This document shows positions 53,474 to 63,799 of a stretch of DNA of 64,000 nt, in pieces. The DNA comes from an uncultured Actinomycetes bacterium (lineage in GTDB: Bacteria > Actinomycetota > UBA4738 > HRBIN12). The position numbers and the translations under genes are program-made. The DNA lies in contig CAWGFM010000005.1 of the NCBI GenBank assembly GCA_963821935.1, forward strand, positions 254,551-318,550. Direction: 5' to 3'. Under the pieces are notes generated by a model. It worked only from the letters and a program-made list of their open reading frames with translations. It did not search any database and was not told the DNA's origin. Positions within the stretch are counted from its first letter, which is position 1; each line of letters opens with the position of its first letter.

Positions 53474-54217
53474 TCAGGGACGTTCTCGGGCGCCGTACAC
53501 CACTCGCTCCAGGGTCAGACCGTGGGCCGGCGCGATCTGCCGGGCTCGTGACCGGTCGCGAGCGCGCAGGATGGACGGGATCGCGTCCGGATCGAGGATG
53601 CCCTCGCCGACCGCGACCATCGTCCCGGTCAGTGCGCGCACCATCTGATGCAGGAAGGCGTTGGCGCGGAACCCGATCTCGATGCGATCGCTCACCTTCA
53701 CCACGGTGATGCGCTGGAGGTCGCGGACTGTTGACCTGCCCGCCCCCGGGTGCCGGCAGAACGAGGTGAAGTCATGCGAGCCGACCAGGTGAGCGGCGGC
53801 GGCGCGCATCCGTCGCAGATCCAAGGTGCCCGGGTGGTGCCACGCGAATCTGGCCTCGAAAGGATCGGGCACCGCCCCCACCTGCGTCCGATAGCGGTAG
53901 ATGCGCGCGCTCGCCGAGAACCGTGCGTCGAAGCCATCGGGAGCACGGCGAACGGCGAGCGCCACGACCTCGGGCCCGAGCCGGCCGTTGATCGCATCTC
54001 GGAGCGTCTCGACAGCGCGAGCGGACCCCGTGACGACCGATGCCACCTGTCCCCGGGCGTGCACACCGGCGTCCGTACGGCCGGCGACCGAGAGCTTGAC
54101 CGGCTCCCCGGTCACGTCGGCGAGAACGGCCGAGAGCTCGCCCTCGATCGTTCGGATGGACGGATCGCGTTGAGCCGCCCACCCTCGGAAGCCCGTGCCG
54201 TCGTAGGCCAGCTGCAA
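53474..54217 (-). CDS. truA: tRNA pseudouridine(38-40) synthase
   Basis: Starts MQLAYDGTGFRGWAAQ and has the catalytic-Asp region RTDAGVHA. Confidence 0.9.
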   Translation of the reverse strand: MQLAYDGTGFRGWAAQRDPSIRTIEGELSAVLADVTGEPVKLSVAGRTDAGVHARGQVASVVTGSARAVETLRDAINGRLGPEVVALAVRRAPDGFDARFSASARIYRYRTQVGAVPDPFEARFAWHHPGTLDLRRMRAAAAHLVGSHDFTSFCRHPGAGRSTVRDLQRITVVKVSDRIEIGFRANAFLHQMVRALTGTMVAVGEGILDPDAIPSILRARDRSRARQIAPAHGLTLERVVYGARERP

Positions 54218-54234
54218 CCGGAGCGTGCGAAGGC

Positions 54235-54594
54235 TCAGCCTCGTTCGACCAACTCGATACGGGCCATCGGGGCCGCATCACCCTTGCGCGGCCCGAGCTT
54301 CAGGATCCGCGTGTAGCCGCCGTTCCGCTCCTCGAACCGAGGACCGATCTCGTGAAAGAGGTTGGCCACCACGTCGCGATCCGGGATGTCCTTGAGCACC
54401 TCGCGCCGCGCGGCCAGGTCGCCTCGCTTGGCCTTGGTGATGAGCTTCTCCGCGTACGGTCGCAACGCCTTGGCCTTGGCCTCGGTCGTCTCGATCGACT
54501 CGTGCGTGAAGAGCTGCGCCGCCATGGTGGACAGCAGCAGACGCTGATGGCCGGGGTTGGAGCCGAGGCGGGGACCCTTCCTGGGCTTGGGCAC
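54235..54594 (-). CDS. rplQ: 50S ribosomal protein L17
   Basis: 119 aa, starts [21 protein letters not shown]. Confidence 0.96.
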   Translation of the reverse strand: MPKPRKGPRLGSNPGHQRLLLSTMAAQLFTHESIETTEAKAKALRPYAEKLITKAKRGDLAARREVLKDIPDRDVVANLFHEIGPRFEERNGGYTRILKLGPRKGDAAPMARIELVERG

Positions 54595-54597
54595 CGG

Positions 54598-55527
54598 CTA
54601 CTCCTCCCGGAGTCCAAGGCCCAGCTCCTCGAGCTTGGCCTTCACCTCGTCGATCGACTTCTGTCCGAAGTTGCGGATGTCCATCAGCTCGGACTCGCTC
54701 TTGAGCACCAGGTCGCCGACGGCGTTGATGCCCTCACGCTTGAGGCAGTTGTAGGAGCGGACCGACAGGTTGAGCTCCTCGATCGTGATGGCGTAGTCGC
54801 CCGGGACCTCTTCGTCCTCGGCGGGGCCTACCGTCACGCTGGCGGCCTCCGCGAGCTCGCTGAACAGCTGCACCAGCTCCAGCATGGTGCCGCCGGCCGA
54901 GGCCACGGCCTCGCGCGGGGTGACGGAGCCGTCGGTCTCGACGTCCAGGATCAAGCGATCGCGGTCGGTCATCTGTTCCACGCGCGTGTTCTCCACGGCG
55001 TAGCTGACCTTGCGCACGGGCGAGAAGATCGAGTCGACCGGGATGACACCGATCGGGTCGCGGGGCTTCTTGTTCTTGTCGGCCATGCGGTAGCCGACGC
55101 CGCGTTCGACCGTCATCTCCATCTCGAGCGAGGCTCCCTTGCCCAGCGTGGCGATGTGAAGCTCGGGGTTCAAGATCTCGACGCCCGCGGGCGGTGCGAC
55201 GTCGCCGGCGGTGACCTCGCCGGGGCCCTTGGCCTTCAGGTAAACCGTGGTCGGTTCCTCCAGGTCGGATCGAACGACCAGCTCCTTGAGGTTCAAGATG
55301 ATGTCCGTGACGTCTTCGGTGACCTTGGGGATGGTGGAGAACTCGTGCAGCACCCCGTCGATGCGGACCGACGAGATGGCCGCGCCCGGGATGGACGACA
55401 GCAAGGTCCGGCGAAGCGAGTTGCCCACGGTGTAGCCGAACCCGGGTTCCAGCGGCTCGATGGCGAACTTGGAGCGGGTCGGTGAAACGATGTCCTCAGC
55501 GATCTGAGGCCTGGCGACGATGAACAC
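54598..55527 (-). CDS. rpoA: DNA-directed RNA polymerase subunit alpha
   Basis: N-terminal domain [17 protein letters not shown] and a C-terminal domain with helix-hairpin-helix ([13 protein letters not shown]). Confidence 0.96.
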   Translation of the reverse strand: MFIVARPQIAEDIVSPTRSKFAIEPLEPGFGYTVGNSLRRTLLSSIPGAAISSVRIDGVLHEFSTIPKVTEDVTDIILNLKELVVRSDLEEPTTVYLKAKGPGEVTAGDVAPPAGVEILNPELHIATLGKGASLEMEMTVERGVGYRMADKNKKPRDPIGVIPVDSIFSPVRKVSYAVENTRVEQMTDRDRLILDVETDGSVTPREAVASAGGTMLELVQLFSELAEAASVTVGPAEDEEVPGDYAITIEELNLSVRSYNCLKREGINAVGDLVLKSESELMDIRNFGQKSIDEVKAKLEELGLGLREE

Positions 55528-55576
55528 GTACTTCCCTCCTTCGGCGGGGGATCAACCACTGCTACCCCGCCATCTG

Positions 55577-55657
55577 CGCCGGGGACGAGCCCCGGCCTAC
55601 ATTCCTCTGGAGCGCGCTAGACGCGGCTTCTCTTCTTGCGCCGCGCTAGACGCGGCG
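55577..55657 (-). repeat. intergenic rpsK-rpoA hairpin cluster: gccgggg-acgag-ccccggc plus two copies of gcgcgctagacgcggc (one overlapping the rpsK stop)
   Basis: Palindromes seen directly. This is the position where rpsD normally sits in actinobacterial alpha operons. Confidence 0.4.
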
Positions 55658-56038
55658 ACGCTTCCGGGGGCGGCAGCCGTTGTGCGGCACCGGCGTCACG
55701 TCTTGGATCACCGAGACCTCGAGACCTGCCGCAGCCAGCGAACGGATCGCGGTCTCGCGGCCCGAACCCGGGCCCTTGACGAAGACGTCGACCTTCTGCA
55801 AGCCGTGCTCCTGCGCTTGGCGCGCCGCCTTCTCTGCGGCGAGCTGCGCTGCGAACGGTGTGGACTTGCGCGATCCCTTGAAGCCCACGTTCCCGGCGCT
55901 GGCCCAGCTGAGCGTGTTGCCCTGCAGGTCGGTGATGGTGACGATGGTGTTGTTGAACGTCGACTTGATATGCGCTTGACCGTGCACGACGTGCTTCTTC
56001 TCGCGCCGTTTCGTCTTCTTGGCTTTCGGTTTGGCCAT
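55646..56038 (-). CDS. rpsK: 30S ribosomal protein S11
   Basis: 130 aa from [15 protein letters not shown]. Confidence 0.96.
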   Translation of the reverse strand: MAKPKAKKTKRREKKHVVHGQAHIKSTFNNTIVTITDLQGNTLSWASAGNVGFKGSRKSTPFAAQLAAEKAARQAQEHGLQKVDVFVKGPGSGRETAIRSLAAAGLEVSVIQDVTPVPHNGCRPRKRRRV

Positions 56039-56093
56039 GCTGTGGAGCTCCTGACGTGTGCCGTGGTCTGGTCGTCGCACCGGTCCGGTGCGG

Positions 56094-56477
56094 CTACTTC
56101 TTGAGGGCCGCCTTCTTCTTGCCGGCGATGGCCTTCTTGGGCCCCTTGCGGGTCCGGGCGTTGGTGTGGGTGCGCTGGCCGCGGACCGGCAGGCCCCGGC
56201 GATGCCGGACCCCGGCGTAGCAGCCGATCTCGATCTTGCGCTTGATGTCCTGGGCGACTTCACGCCGAAGGTCACCTTCGACCTTCAGGTTCTGGTCGAT
56301 GAACGCGCGGACGCGTACCACCTCTTCCTCGGACAGGTCACGGACCTTGGTGGCCCCGTCGACGTTGGCCCCGATCACGATGGCACCGGCCGTGGTGTGG
56401 CCCACGCCGTAGATGTAGGTCAGCCCGATATCGAGCCGCTTGTCGCGGGGAAGATCGACGCCTGCGATGCGAGCCAC
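56094..56477 (-). CDS. rpsM: 30S ribosomal protein S13
   Basis: 127 aa, starts [14 protein letters not shown]. Confidence 0.96.
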   Translation of the reverse strand: MARIAGVDLPRDKRLDIGLTYIYGVGHTTAGAIVIGANVDGATKVRDLSEEEVVRVRAFIDQNLKVEGDLRREVAQDIKRKIEIGCYAGVRHRRGLPVRGQRTHTNARTRKGPKKAIAGKKKAALKK

Positions 56478-56505
56478 TACGTATCCTCTCTGTCGTTCGC
56501 GAGCG

Positions 56506-56619
56506 CTAGCCTTGACGCTGCTTGTGGCGCGGATTGGTGCAGATGACCAGGATCTTGCCTCGCCGGCGGATGACCCGGCACCGGTCGCAGATCCTCTTGA
56601 CGCTGGGGCGGACCTTCAT
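56506..56619 (-). CDS. rpmJ: 50S ribosomal protein L36 (zinc-binding form)
   Basis: Manually translated 37-aa [40 protein letters not shown]. Not in the supplied ORF track because it is shorter than 60 aa. Confidence 0.9.
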   Translation of the reverse strand: MKVRPSVKRICDRCRVIRRRGKILVICTNPRHKQRQG

Positions 56620-56635
56620 CTGCACATCTTCCGAT

Positions 56636-56854
56636 CTACTTGTACCGGTAGACCACACGGCCTCGCGTGAGGTCGTACGGCGAGAGCTCGACCAGGACCC
56701 GGTCCCCCGGCAGGATCCGGATGTAGTGCATCCGCATCTTTCCCGAGATGTGGGCCAGCACCACGTGGTCGTTCTCCAGCTTCACCCGGAACATGGCGTT
56801 CGGCAACGGCTCGACGACCGTTCCCTCGACCTCTATGGCGTCTTTCTTCGGCAC
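56636..56854 (-). CDS. infA: translation initiation factor IF-1
   Basis: GTG start giving (M)[27 protein letters not shown]...YRYK. Confidence 0.9.
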   Translation of the reverse strand: MPKKDAIEVEGTVVEPLPNAMFRVKLENDHVVLAHISGKMRMHYIRILPGDRVLVELSPYDLTRGRVVYRYK

Positions 56855-56968
56855 GCTCCAGCTGATTCCTTCGAACGGGTTCCGCCCGGCCCAGGCGCGC
56901 ACGACGCAAGCCGGAGGCAGGGCGAACGGTCAGTATAGGCCCGCTGCAGAGCCAGCGTCCACGGAGGG

Positions 56969-57730
56969 TCACGCGCGGTGGGTCAGGATCTCGGGGCCAT
57001 CGTCGGTGATGGCCACCGTGTGCTCGAAGTGGGCTGCGATCGAACCGTCCGCCGTCACGACGGTCCAGCCGTCGGCGAGGAGGCGCGTCTCCTCGCCCGC
57101 GGCCGTCAACATGGGCTCGATCGCGATCACCAGACCGGGGCGAAGGTCGGGGCCGCGGCCGGGGCTGCCGAAGTTCGAGATGAACGGGTCCTCGTGCATG
57201 GATCGGCCGATGCCGTGACCTCCGTACTCACGGATGATGCCGAACCCTGCCGGCGCCGCGACGCTCTCGATCGCGTGCCCGATGTCGGATAACCGCCCGC
57301 CGGGACGGGCAGCCGCGATCCCTGCGTACAGACACTCCTCGGTCGTCTTCACCAACCTCGAGGCCTCCTCCGACGGCGGGTCACCGCCCACGAACACCGT
57401 CACCGCGGAATCGCCATGGAACCCGTCCCAGATAGCCCCGAAGTCCAGCGACAAGACCTGGCCCTCGGACAGCATCCGGGTGCGCGAGGGGATGCCGTGG
57501 ACGATCTCGTCGTCGATCGATGCGCAGATCGTGGCGGGGTAGGTGCCCTTGTACCCCTTGAAGGACGGCAGCGCGCCCTCGTCGCTGATGTAGGACTCCG
57601 CCACCTGGTCGAGGTCGGCCGTGGAGATGCCGGGTCGGACGGCTGCCAGGACGGCGTCGATCGCTCCGGCCACGATGCGACCCGCCTCGCGCATCGTCTG
57701 CAGCTCTCGAGGCGATTTCCGGATGATCAT
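56969..57730 (-). CDS. map: type I methionine aminopeptidase
   Basis: Starts MIIRKSPRELQTMREAG and has metal ligands D.D.H.E.E. The start overlaps the adk stop (ATGA). Confidence 0.93.
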   Translation of the reverse strand: MIIRKSPRELQTMREAGRIVAGAIDAVLAAVRPGISTADLDQVAESYISDEGALPSFKGYKGTYPATICASIDDEIVHGIPSRTRMLSEGQVLSLDFGAIWDGFHGDSAVTVFVGGDPPSEEASRLVKTTEECLYAGIAAARPGGRLSDIGHAIESVAAPAGFGIIREYGGHGIGRSMHEDPFISNFGSPGRGPDLRPGLVIAIEPMLTAAGEETRLLADGWTVVTADGSIAAHFEHTVAITDDGPEILTHRA

Positions 57731-58377
57731 GGGGCCTCCTTCAGCATGCCGATCGTCCGCTCGGCGACCACGTCGACCGCGCCCTCCGCGTCGATCTCGT
57801 GCAGGAGGCCTCGTTCCGCGTAGAAGTCCTCGAGCGGTTCGGTCTGCTCCTGGTAGACCGCCAAACGCCGGCGAACCGTGAGCTCGTCGTCGTCCGCGCG
57901 TCGTTCCAGAGCGGCGCCTTCGAGGTCGCAGACCGAGTCGCTGGCCGGCGGCTTGAACTCCATGTTGTAGGTAGTCTTGCAGACCGGGCACGTCCAGCGG
58001 TTCGAGAGCCGCCGCACAGCGACCCCGTCGGAGATCTGGAACTTCAACACCGCGGTCAAGGGCAGCTGCGCGCGCTCGAGCGCCGCCTCCAGCGCCATGG
58101 CCTGCGGCACGGTGCGCGGGAACCCGTCCAGGATGAACCCGCTCCGGGCATCCGGATCGTCGAGGCGATCGGTCACCATCCGCACCACCAGGTCATCGCT
58201 GACGAACTCGCCGCGGTCCATGACCGCTCGCGCCTGGATCCCGAGCGCCGTGCCTTCTTGGACGTGTTGACGAAGGATGTCACCCGTGGAGATCTGGGGG
58301 ATGTCGTAGCGATCCACCAAGCGCTGCGCCTGGGTTCCCTTGCCTGCCCCCGGGGGCCCGAGCAACACGAGCCGCAC
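57727..58377 (-). CDS. adk: adenylate kinase (with Zn-finger lid CxxC...)
   Basis: P-loop GPPGAGKGTQ and a lid with CPVCKT... Confidence 0.95.
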   Translation of the reverse strand: MRLVLLGPPGAGKGTQAQRLVDRYDIPQISTGDILRQHVQEGTALGIQARAVMDRGEFVSDDLVVRMVTDRLDDPDARSGFILDGFPRTVPQAMALEAALERAQLPLTAVLKFQISDGVAVRRLSNRWTCPVCKTTYNMEFKPPASDSVCDLEGAALERRADDDELTVRRRLAVYQEQTEPLEDFYAERGLLHEIDAEGAVDVVAERTIGMLKEAP

Positions 58378-58387
58378 GGCAGCCCGC

Positions 58388-59671
58388 CTACTTCAGGAAG
58401 CCCTCGTAGTGACGCATGAGCAGCTGGGACTCGATCTGCTTCATCGTCTCGAGCGCGACACCCACGGCGATCAGCACCGAGGTGCCTCCGAAGGAGAACT
58501 GTTGGAGATTCCACAGCGCCAACACCACGGTGGGCACGAGGGCGACCGCAGCCAGGAAGAGCGCACCCGGCAACGTGATGCGGACGAGGATGTCGTTGAG
58601 GTAGGTCGCTGTGGGCGCTCCCGGTCGGATGCCCGGGATGAACCCCCCCTGCTTGCGCAGGTTGTCCGCCTGCTTGGTCGGGTCGAACTGGATCGCCGTG
58701 TAGAAGTAGGCGAAGAACACGATGAGTGATGCCAGGATCACCATGTAGACGATGCTGTCCTGGCGGCTGATGTATCGGGTCACGAAGTCCTGGAACCACT
58801 GTGCGTGGATGACGCTGGCCAGCAGCGTGGGGAAGTACATCACCGAGGTTGCGAAGATGATGGGGATCACGCCGGCCTGATTGACCTTCAACGGCAGGTA
58901 GGTGCTTCCGCCCGAGGTCATCTTGCGCCCGACCACCCGCTTGGCGTACTGGATGGGGATGCGCCGCTGTCCTTGATCCATGAACACGACCGCGACGATG
59001 ATCCCCAGCACGACCACGCAGATCGTGGCGAACTGGAACGCGCCGCCCTGCCGCAGGATCGCCGTGCCCTCACCGGGCAACGAGGCGATCACGGACGTGA
59101 AGATCAGGATCGACATGCCGTTGCCCACACCGCGCTGGGTGATGAGCTCCCCCAACCACATGATCATGGCCGTGCCTGCCGTGAGTGTGAGCACGATGAG
59201 AGCCACGTTCGGCGGGGTGAACGTGCCCGGCGGGAAGATGTCGGGGATGCCGGCCTGACCCGAATGGAACAGGAACACGATGCCGGTGGACTGGAGCAAG
59301 GCCAGCACGACCGTGACGTAGCGGGTGTACTGATTGATCTTCTTGACCCCGACCTCGCCCTGTTCCTGCAGCGCCTGCAGCTTGGGGATCACGACCGTGA
59401 GCAGCTGCATGATGATCGAGCTGGTGATGTAGGGCATGATGCCCAGCCCGAAGACGGCCATGTTGCCCAAGGCGCCGCCCGAGAAGATGTTGATGAACTG
59501 GAGGAAGCCGCCTTCCCCGCCGTCGTCGAGCGCCTGCTGCACGACGCCGAAGTCGACCACCGGCACCGGCACGTGGGCACCGAACCGGTACACCCCGATG
59601 ATGAACAGGGTGAACAGGATCTTGTTGCGCAGGTCCGGGACCCGGAACGCGTTGAGGAAGGCCTTCAGCAC
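58388..59671 (-). CDS. secY: preprotein translocase subunit SecY
   Basis: 427 aa, 10 TM, ending ...LMRHYEGFLK. Confidence 0.96.
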   Translation of the reverse strand: MLKAFLNAFRVPDLRNKILFTLFIIGVYRFGAHVPVPVVDFGVVQQALDDGGEGGFLQFINIFSGGALGNMAVFGLGIMPYITSSIIMQLLTVVIPKLQALQEQGEVGVKKINQYTRYVTVVLALLQSTGIVFLFHSGQAGIPDIFPPGTFTPPNVALIVLTLTAGTAMIMWLGELITQRGVGNGMSILIFTSVIASLPGEGTAILRQGGAFQFATICVVVLGIIVAVVFMDQGQRRIPIQYAKRVVGRKMTSGGSTYLPLKVNQAGVIPIIFATSVMYFPTLLASVIHAQWFQDFVTRYISRQDSIVYMVILASLIVFFAYFYTAIQFDPTKQADNLRKQGGFIPGIRPGAPTATYLNDILVRITLPGALFLAAVALVPTVVLALWNLQQFSFGGTSVLIAVGVALETMKQIESQLLMRHYEGFLK

Positions 59672-59692
59672 GGTGGTCTATCGTACCCCGGC

Positions 59693-60130
59693 TCAGCCCA
59701 CGAGCTCGGTTCGGCCGCCTGCCTGCTCGATCTTGTCCTTGGCGGCCTGTGAGAACGCGTGCGCCTTCACCACCAGCGCGTGGTCGATGTCGCCGCGCGC
59801 CAGCACCTTGACCGGGCGGCCCTTGTGGACCAGACCATGCTCGTACAGCCCTTGGGGCGTGACCTCGCCGTCTGCGTAGTACTTGGACAGCACCTCGACG
59901 TTGACGACCGAGTACTCCACGCGACCGGGGTTGGTGAAGCCCTTCAGCTTCGGAACCCGGCGCTGCAACGGCATCTGCCCACCCTCGAACCAGGCCGGCA
60001 CGTTCTTGCGTGCGCCGGTCCCCTTGGTCCCTCGGCCGGCGGTCTTTCCACGCACCCCGGCACGGCCGCGCCCGACGCGCTTCTTGTCCTGTTTCGCGCC
60101 CTCGGCGGGCTTCAGATGATGCAGCTTCAT
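59693..60130 (-). CDS. rplO: 50S ribosomal protein L15
   Basis: Starts [22 protein letters not shown]. Confidence 0.96.
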   Translation of the reverse strand: MKLHHLKPAEGAKQDKKRVGRGRAGVRGKTAGRGTKGTGARKNVPAWFEGGQMPLQRRVPKLKGFTNPGRVEYSVVNVEVLSKYYADGEVTPQGLYEHGLVHKGRPVKVLARGDIDHALVVKAHAFSQAAKDKIEQAGGRTELVG

Positions 60131-60309
60131 GAGAGTTCCTCGACGTCGACCAGATGCGACACCTTGGCGATCATGCCGCGGATCTCGGGCCGGTCCTCCT
60201 TGATGACGGAGTCACGGATGCGGTGCAGGCCCAATCGCCGAACGGTGGCCTTCTGATCCTTCGGCCTGTCGATCACGCTGCGGACCTGCGTCACCTTGAG
60301 CTGGCTCAT
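60127..60309 (-). CDS. rpmD: 50S ribosomal protein L30
   Basis: 60 aa, starts [20 protein letters not shown] overlaps on both sides. Confidence 0.94.
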   Translation of the reverse strand: MSQLKVTQVRSVIDRPKDQKATVRRLGLHRIRDSVIKEDRPEIRGMIAKVSHLVDVEELS

Positions 60310-60947
60310 CGGCGGCCTCCCCGGCCGGGCTGCTGACGTTGCTGGCGTGGCTGTGCGTCGCTGTAGACCTCTTCGAGCGCCGCGGTGCGTGCCGCCTGGA
60401 GCCGAACCTCGGCGGCCGCGACCGCTTCGAGCATGGGCTTGGGAGCGACCTCGTGCACGTCGCGACCCCGCAGCGCAGCAACTTGGGCGGGCTTGCGCAG
60501 GTCCTTCAGTCCCTGCACGGCCGCCTTCACGATGTTGATCTGATTGGACGACCCCATGGACTTGGACAAGATGTCCTTGATGCCGGCGCACTCGACCAGT
60601 GCCCGCACCGGCCCGCCGGCGATGACGCCCGTTCCCGGTGCAGCCGGCTTGAGCAGGACGACGCCGGCACCGGCCTCGCCGACCACCTTGTGCGGGATGG
60701 TGGTGCCCATCATGGGCACCTCGAACATCTTCTTGCGTGCCTCTTCGACGCCCTTGGCGATCGCCGCGGGCACCTCCTTGGCTTTGCCGTAGCCCACGCC
60801 GACCCGGCCCGCGCCATCGCCGACCACGACCAGCGCGGCGAACGAGAAGCGTCGCCCGCCCTTGACCACCTTGGCGACCCGGTTGATGGAGATGACCCGC
60901 TCTTCGTAGGGGCTCTTCTCTTCGTTCCTGGCGTCATACCGTCGCAT
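60306..60947 (-). CDS. rpsE: 30S ribosomal protein S5 (with C-terminal Gln/Arg-rich extension)
   Basis: Canonical S5 core followed by a ~45-aa tail, 213 aa. Confidence 0.95.
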   Translation of the reverse strand: MRRYDARNEEKSPYEERVISINRVAKVVKGGRRFSFAALVVVGDGAGRVGVGYGKAKEVPAAIAKGVEEARKKMFEVPMMGTTIPHKVVGEAGAGVVLLKPAAPGTGVIAGGPVRALVECAGIKDILSKSMGSSNQINIVKAAVQGLKDLRKPAQVAALRGRDVHEVAPKPMLEAVAAAEVRLQAARTAALEEVYSDAQPRQQRQQPGRGGRR

Positions 60948-61297
60948 CAGATCTGCAGTCCTCCCTCACGCGCGCCGTCGGCGAGCGCCGCCACGCGACC
61001 GTGGTATAGCCGTCCACCACGATCGAAAACCGCGGCGTCGACACCCGCTTCCTTCGCGCGGCTGGCGAGCAGCTCGCCCACCGCTTTCGCGCGTGCCGTG
61101 GGGTCTGCGCCCGCCACCTCAGCATCGGACGCCTGCGCCAACGTCACGGCGCGGCTGTCGTCGATGAGCTGGGCGTAGATGTGCCGGTTGGAACGGAACA
61201 CAGCCAAACGCGGGCGCTGAGCACCGCCCGACACCTTCTTGCGCACACGCGAATGTCGACGCAGCCGAGCGTGTCGTTTGGTCTTCGCGTCCATCAC
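60947..61297 (-). CDS. rplR: 50S ribosomal protein L18
   Basis: 116 aa, starts [21 protein letters not shown]. Confidence 0.95.
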   Translation of the reverse strand: MMDAKTKRHARLRRHSRVRKKVSGGAQRPRLAVFRSNRHIYAQLIDDSRAVTLAQASDAEVAGADPTARAKAVGELLASRAKEAGVDAAVFDRGGRLYHGRVAALADGAREGGLQI

Positions 61298-61845
61298 GCA
61301 GCACCTGTCTTCGCGGCCTTGCCGGCCTTCTTGCGCACGTATTCACCCTCGTAGCGGATGCCTTTGCCCTTGTATGGCTCCGGCTTGCGGATCTTGCGGA
61401 TCTTGGCCGCGATCTCGCCCACCGCCTGCTTGTCGTTGCCCCGCACTACGATCTGCGTGGGCGTGGGGACCTCGAACTCGATCCCGTCGGGCACCGACAC
61501 CATGACCGGGTGTGAGTACCCGGCCTGAACCTCCAGATCCTTGCCCTTCATGGCGGCGCGATAGCCCACGCCGATGATCTGCAGGGATTTCTCGTAACCC
61601 TTGGTGACACCTTCGACCATGTTGGCCACCAAGGAACGCGTGAGCCCATGGAGGCTGCGATTGAACCCCTGGTCGTCGGGACGCGAGACCAGCACGCTGC
61701 CGTCCTCGACCACCACGGTCATGTTGGGGTGGACGGTCTGGGTCAGCGAGCCGCGAGGGCCCTTGACCGTGACGACGTTGGCCGCCGCGACCGTCACCTC
61801 GACGCCGCTCGGGATCTCGATGGGTTGTTTGCCGATCCGACTCAT
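61294..61845 (-). CDS. rplF: 50S ribosomal protein L6
   Basis: Starts [17 protein letters not shown]. Confidence 0.95.
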   Translation of the reverse strand: MSRIGKQPIEIPSGVEVTVAAANVVTVKGPRGSLTQTVHPNMTVVVEDGSVLVSRPDDQGFNRSLHGLTRSLVANMVEGVTKGYEKSLQIIGVGYRAAMKGKDLEVQAGYSHPVMVSVPDGIEFEVPTPTQIVVRGNDKQAVGEIAAKIRKIRKPEPYKGKGIRYEGEYVRKKAGKAAKTGAA

Positions 61846-61873
61846 CTGTTCTCTGCTCTTCTCGTTCGTGAGC

Positions 61874-62299
61874 TCACCACACGTGGGCGAGCACTTCGCC
61901 GCCCACGCCCTTGCGGGAAGCATCGCGGTCGGTCATGAGGCCCTGAGACGTCGACACGATCGCGATGCCGAGCCCGCCGAGCACTCGCGGCAGATCGTTG
62001 CGACCGACGTAGACCCGTCGCCCGGGCGTGGAGATCCGCTTGATCCCCGTGATCGTGCGCTGCCGGTTCTTCGCGTACTTCAGCCGAACGCGGAATCCTC
62101 GATGCGTGCCTTCACCCTCGACCTCGAAGCCCTGGATGTAGCCCTCGGCCTCCAAGATGCCGAGCAAGGCCTGGTTCTGCTTGGACACGGGGACGAGGAG
62201 ATCGTCCTTGTAGGCCAGGTTGGCGTTGCGGATCCGCGTGAGCAGGTCCGCGACCGGGTCCGTGACGTTGCTCGAGAACGTTCGCTGGGTGCTCACCAT
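61874..62299 (-). CDS. rpsH: 30S ribosomal protein S8
   Basis: Has ...[15 protein letters not shown]... ATG at 62299, one nt after the rpsN stop. Confidence 0.93.
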   Translation of the reverse strand: MVSTQRTFSSNVTDPVADLLTRIRNANLAYKDDLLVPVSKQNQALLGILEAEGYIQGFEVEGEGTHRGFRVRLKYAKNRQRTITGIKRISTPGRRVYVGRNDLPRVLGGLGIAIVSTSQGLMTDRDASRKGVGGEVLAHVW

Positions 62300-62478
62300 G
62301 AGGACTTCGTCACCCCCGGGAGCTCCCCGGCGTGGGCCAACTGCCGGAAGCAGATGCGGCAGAGCAGGAACCGCTTGTACACGGCTCGCGCCCGCCCGCA
62401 CTTCTGGCAGCGTGTGTATCCACGAACGCGGAACTTGGGCTGCTTCAGCTGCTTGTTCTTGAGTGCCTTCTTCGCCAT
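62293..62478 (-). CDS. rpsN: 30S ribosomal protein S14 type Z (zinc-ribbon form)
   Basis: 61 aa, [12 protein letters not shown]...[20 protein letters not shown]. Confidence 0.94.
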   Translation of the reverse strand: MAKKALKNKQLKQPKFRVRGYTRCQKCGRARAVYKRFLLCRICFRQLAHAGELPGVTKSSW

Positions 62479-62489
62479 GTGATCCCTCG

Positions 62490-63065
62490 TCAGCCTGCCT
62501 GCGCGGCCGAGGTCTGCCCCGTGAAGGGGAAGCCCAGGGCCGACAGGAGGGCTTGACCCTCGTCGTCGGACGCGGCGGTCGTCACGATCGTGATGTCCAT
62601 GCCGCGGATCTTCGCCACCTTGTCGTAGTCGATCTCCGGGAAGATCAGCTGCTCGGTGACGCCCATCGTGTAATTGCCGTGACCGTCGAACGCCGCGGGG
62701 TTCATGCCGCGGAAGTCTCGGATCCGTGGGAGTGCGAGCGCCACGAGGCGGTCGTAGAACTCCCACATGCGATCGCCCCGCAGGGTGACCTTGGCACCGA
62801 TCGCCATCCCCTCACGCAGCTTGAAACCGGCGATCGACTGTCGGGCCTTGGTGACCACCGGCTTCTGCCCGGTGATCGTCGTCAGGTCCTCGAGGGCGGC
62901 CTCCAGCATACGACCGTCCTTGACGGCGTCACCGATGCCCATGTTGACCACGATCTTGTCCAGTCGGGGCACCTGCATGATGTTGGCCAACCCCATCTGA
63001 TCTTTGAGCGCGGGCCGGATCTCGTCGCGGAACGCCTGCTTGAGCCTGGGTGTGTAGTCGCTCAT
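62490..63065 (-). CDS. rplE: 50S ribosomal protein L5
   Basis: Starts [16 protein letters not shown]. The start overlaps the rplX stop. Confidence 0.95.
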   Translation of the reverse strand: MSDYTPRLKQAFRDEIRPALKDQMGLANIMQVPRLDKIVVNMGIGDAVKDGRMLEAALEDLTTITGQKPVVTKARQSIAGFKLREGMAIGAKVTLRGDRMWEFYDRLVALALPRIRDFRGMNPAAFDGHGNYTMGVTEQLIFPEIDYDKVAKIRGMDITIVTTAASDDEGQALLSALGFPFTGQTSAAQAG

Positions 63066-63400
63066 AGGTCTGCCTCGCATTTCCTGCAGATGCGGACCTT
63101 CGTGCCGTCGTCCTCGATGCGGTAGCCGACCCTGGTGGGTTGGCCGCACTTGCCACACACCGGCTGCACGTTGGAGATGTCGATGAACGTCTCCACGTCG
63201 ATGATGCCGCCCTGCTGCACGGCCTGGCTCGACCCGCTGGCCCGCCCTCCTGCACGTTGGTGCTTCTTGGCGAGCGCGACGCCGTCGACCATCACACGGC
63301 CCTCGCTCGGCAACACGCGGACCACACGGCCCTCTTTGCCCCGGTCCTTGCCGCTCATGACGCGGACGTTGTCGTCTTTCCTGATGTTGACTCCGGGCAT
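63062..63400 (-). CDS. rplX: 50S ribosomal protein L24 carrying a C-terminal C4 zinc-ribbon (CGKCG...CRKC)
   Basis: KOW domain followed by [32 protein letters not shown]. Confidence 0.93.
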   Translation of the reverse strand: MPGVNIRKDDNVRVMSGKDRGKEGRVVRVLPSEGRVMVDGVALAKKHQRAGGRASGSSQAVQQGGIIDVETFIDISNVQPVCGKCGQPTRVGYRIEDDGTKVRICRKCEADL

Positions 63401-63769
63401 CTACAGCACCTCCGGCGCGAGCGAGATGATCTTCATGAACCGCTTCTCGCGCAGCTCCCGCGCAACGGGCCCGAAGATGCGGGTGCCACGCGGGTTCTTC
63501 TGTTCGTTGATGATCACGACCGCGTTGTCATCGAATCGGATGTAGGAACCGTCGGGACGCCGCCGCTCCTTGGCCGTGCGCACGACGACGGCGCGAACGA
63601 CCTCGCCCTTCTTCACGCCGCCACCCGGCAGGGCGTCCTTCACGGTGCCGACGATGACGTCGCCGACGCCCGCATAGCGGCGCCCGGAGCCACCGAGGAC
63701 GCGGATGCACAGGACCTCTTTGGCCCCCGTGTTGTCCGCGACCTTGCAGCGCGATTCGGACTGGATCAC
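63401..63769 (-). CDS. rplN: 50S ribosomal protein L14
   Basis: 122 aa, starts [17 protein letters not shown]. Confidence 0.96.
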   Translation of the reverse strand: MIQSESRCKVADNTGAKEVLCIRVLGGSGRRYAGVGDVIVGTVKDALPGGGVKKGEVVRAVVVRTAKERRRPDGSYIRFDDNAVVIINEQKNPRGTRIFGPVARELREKRFMKIISLAPEVL

Positions 63770-63799
63770 TGCTGGCTCCTACCTGCTCTCGCGCGTCGC

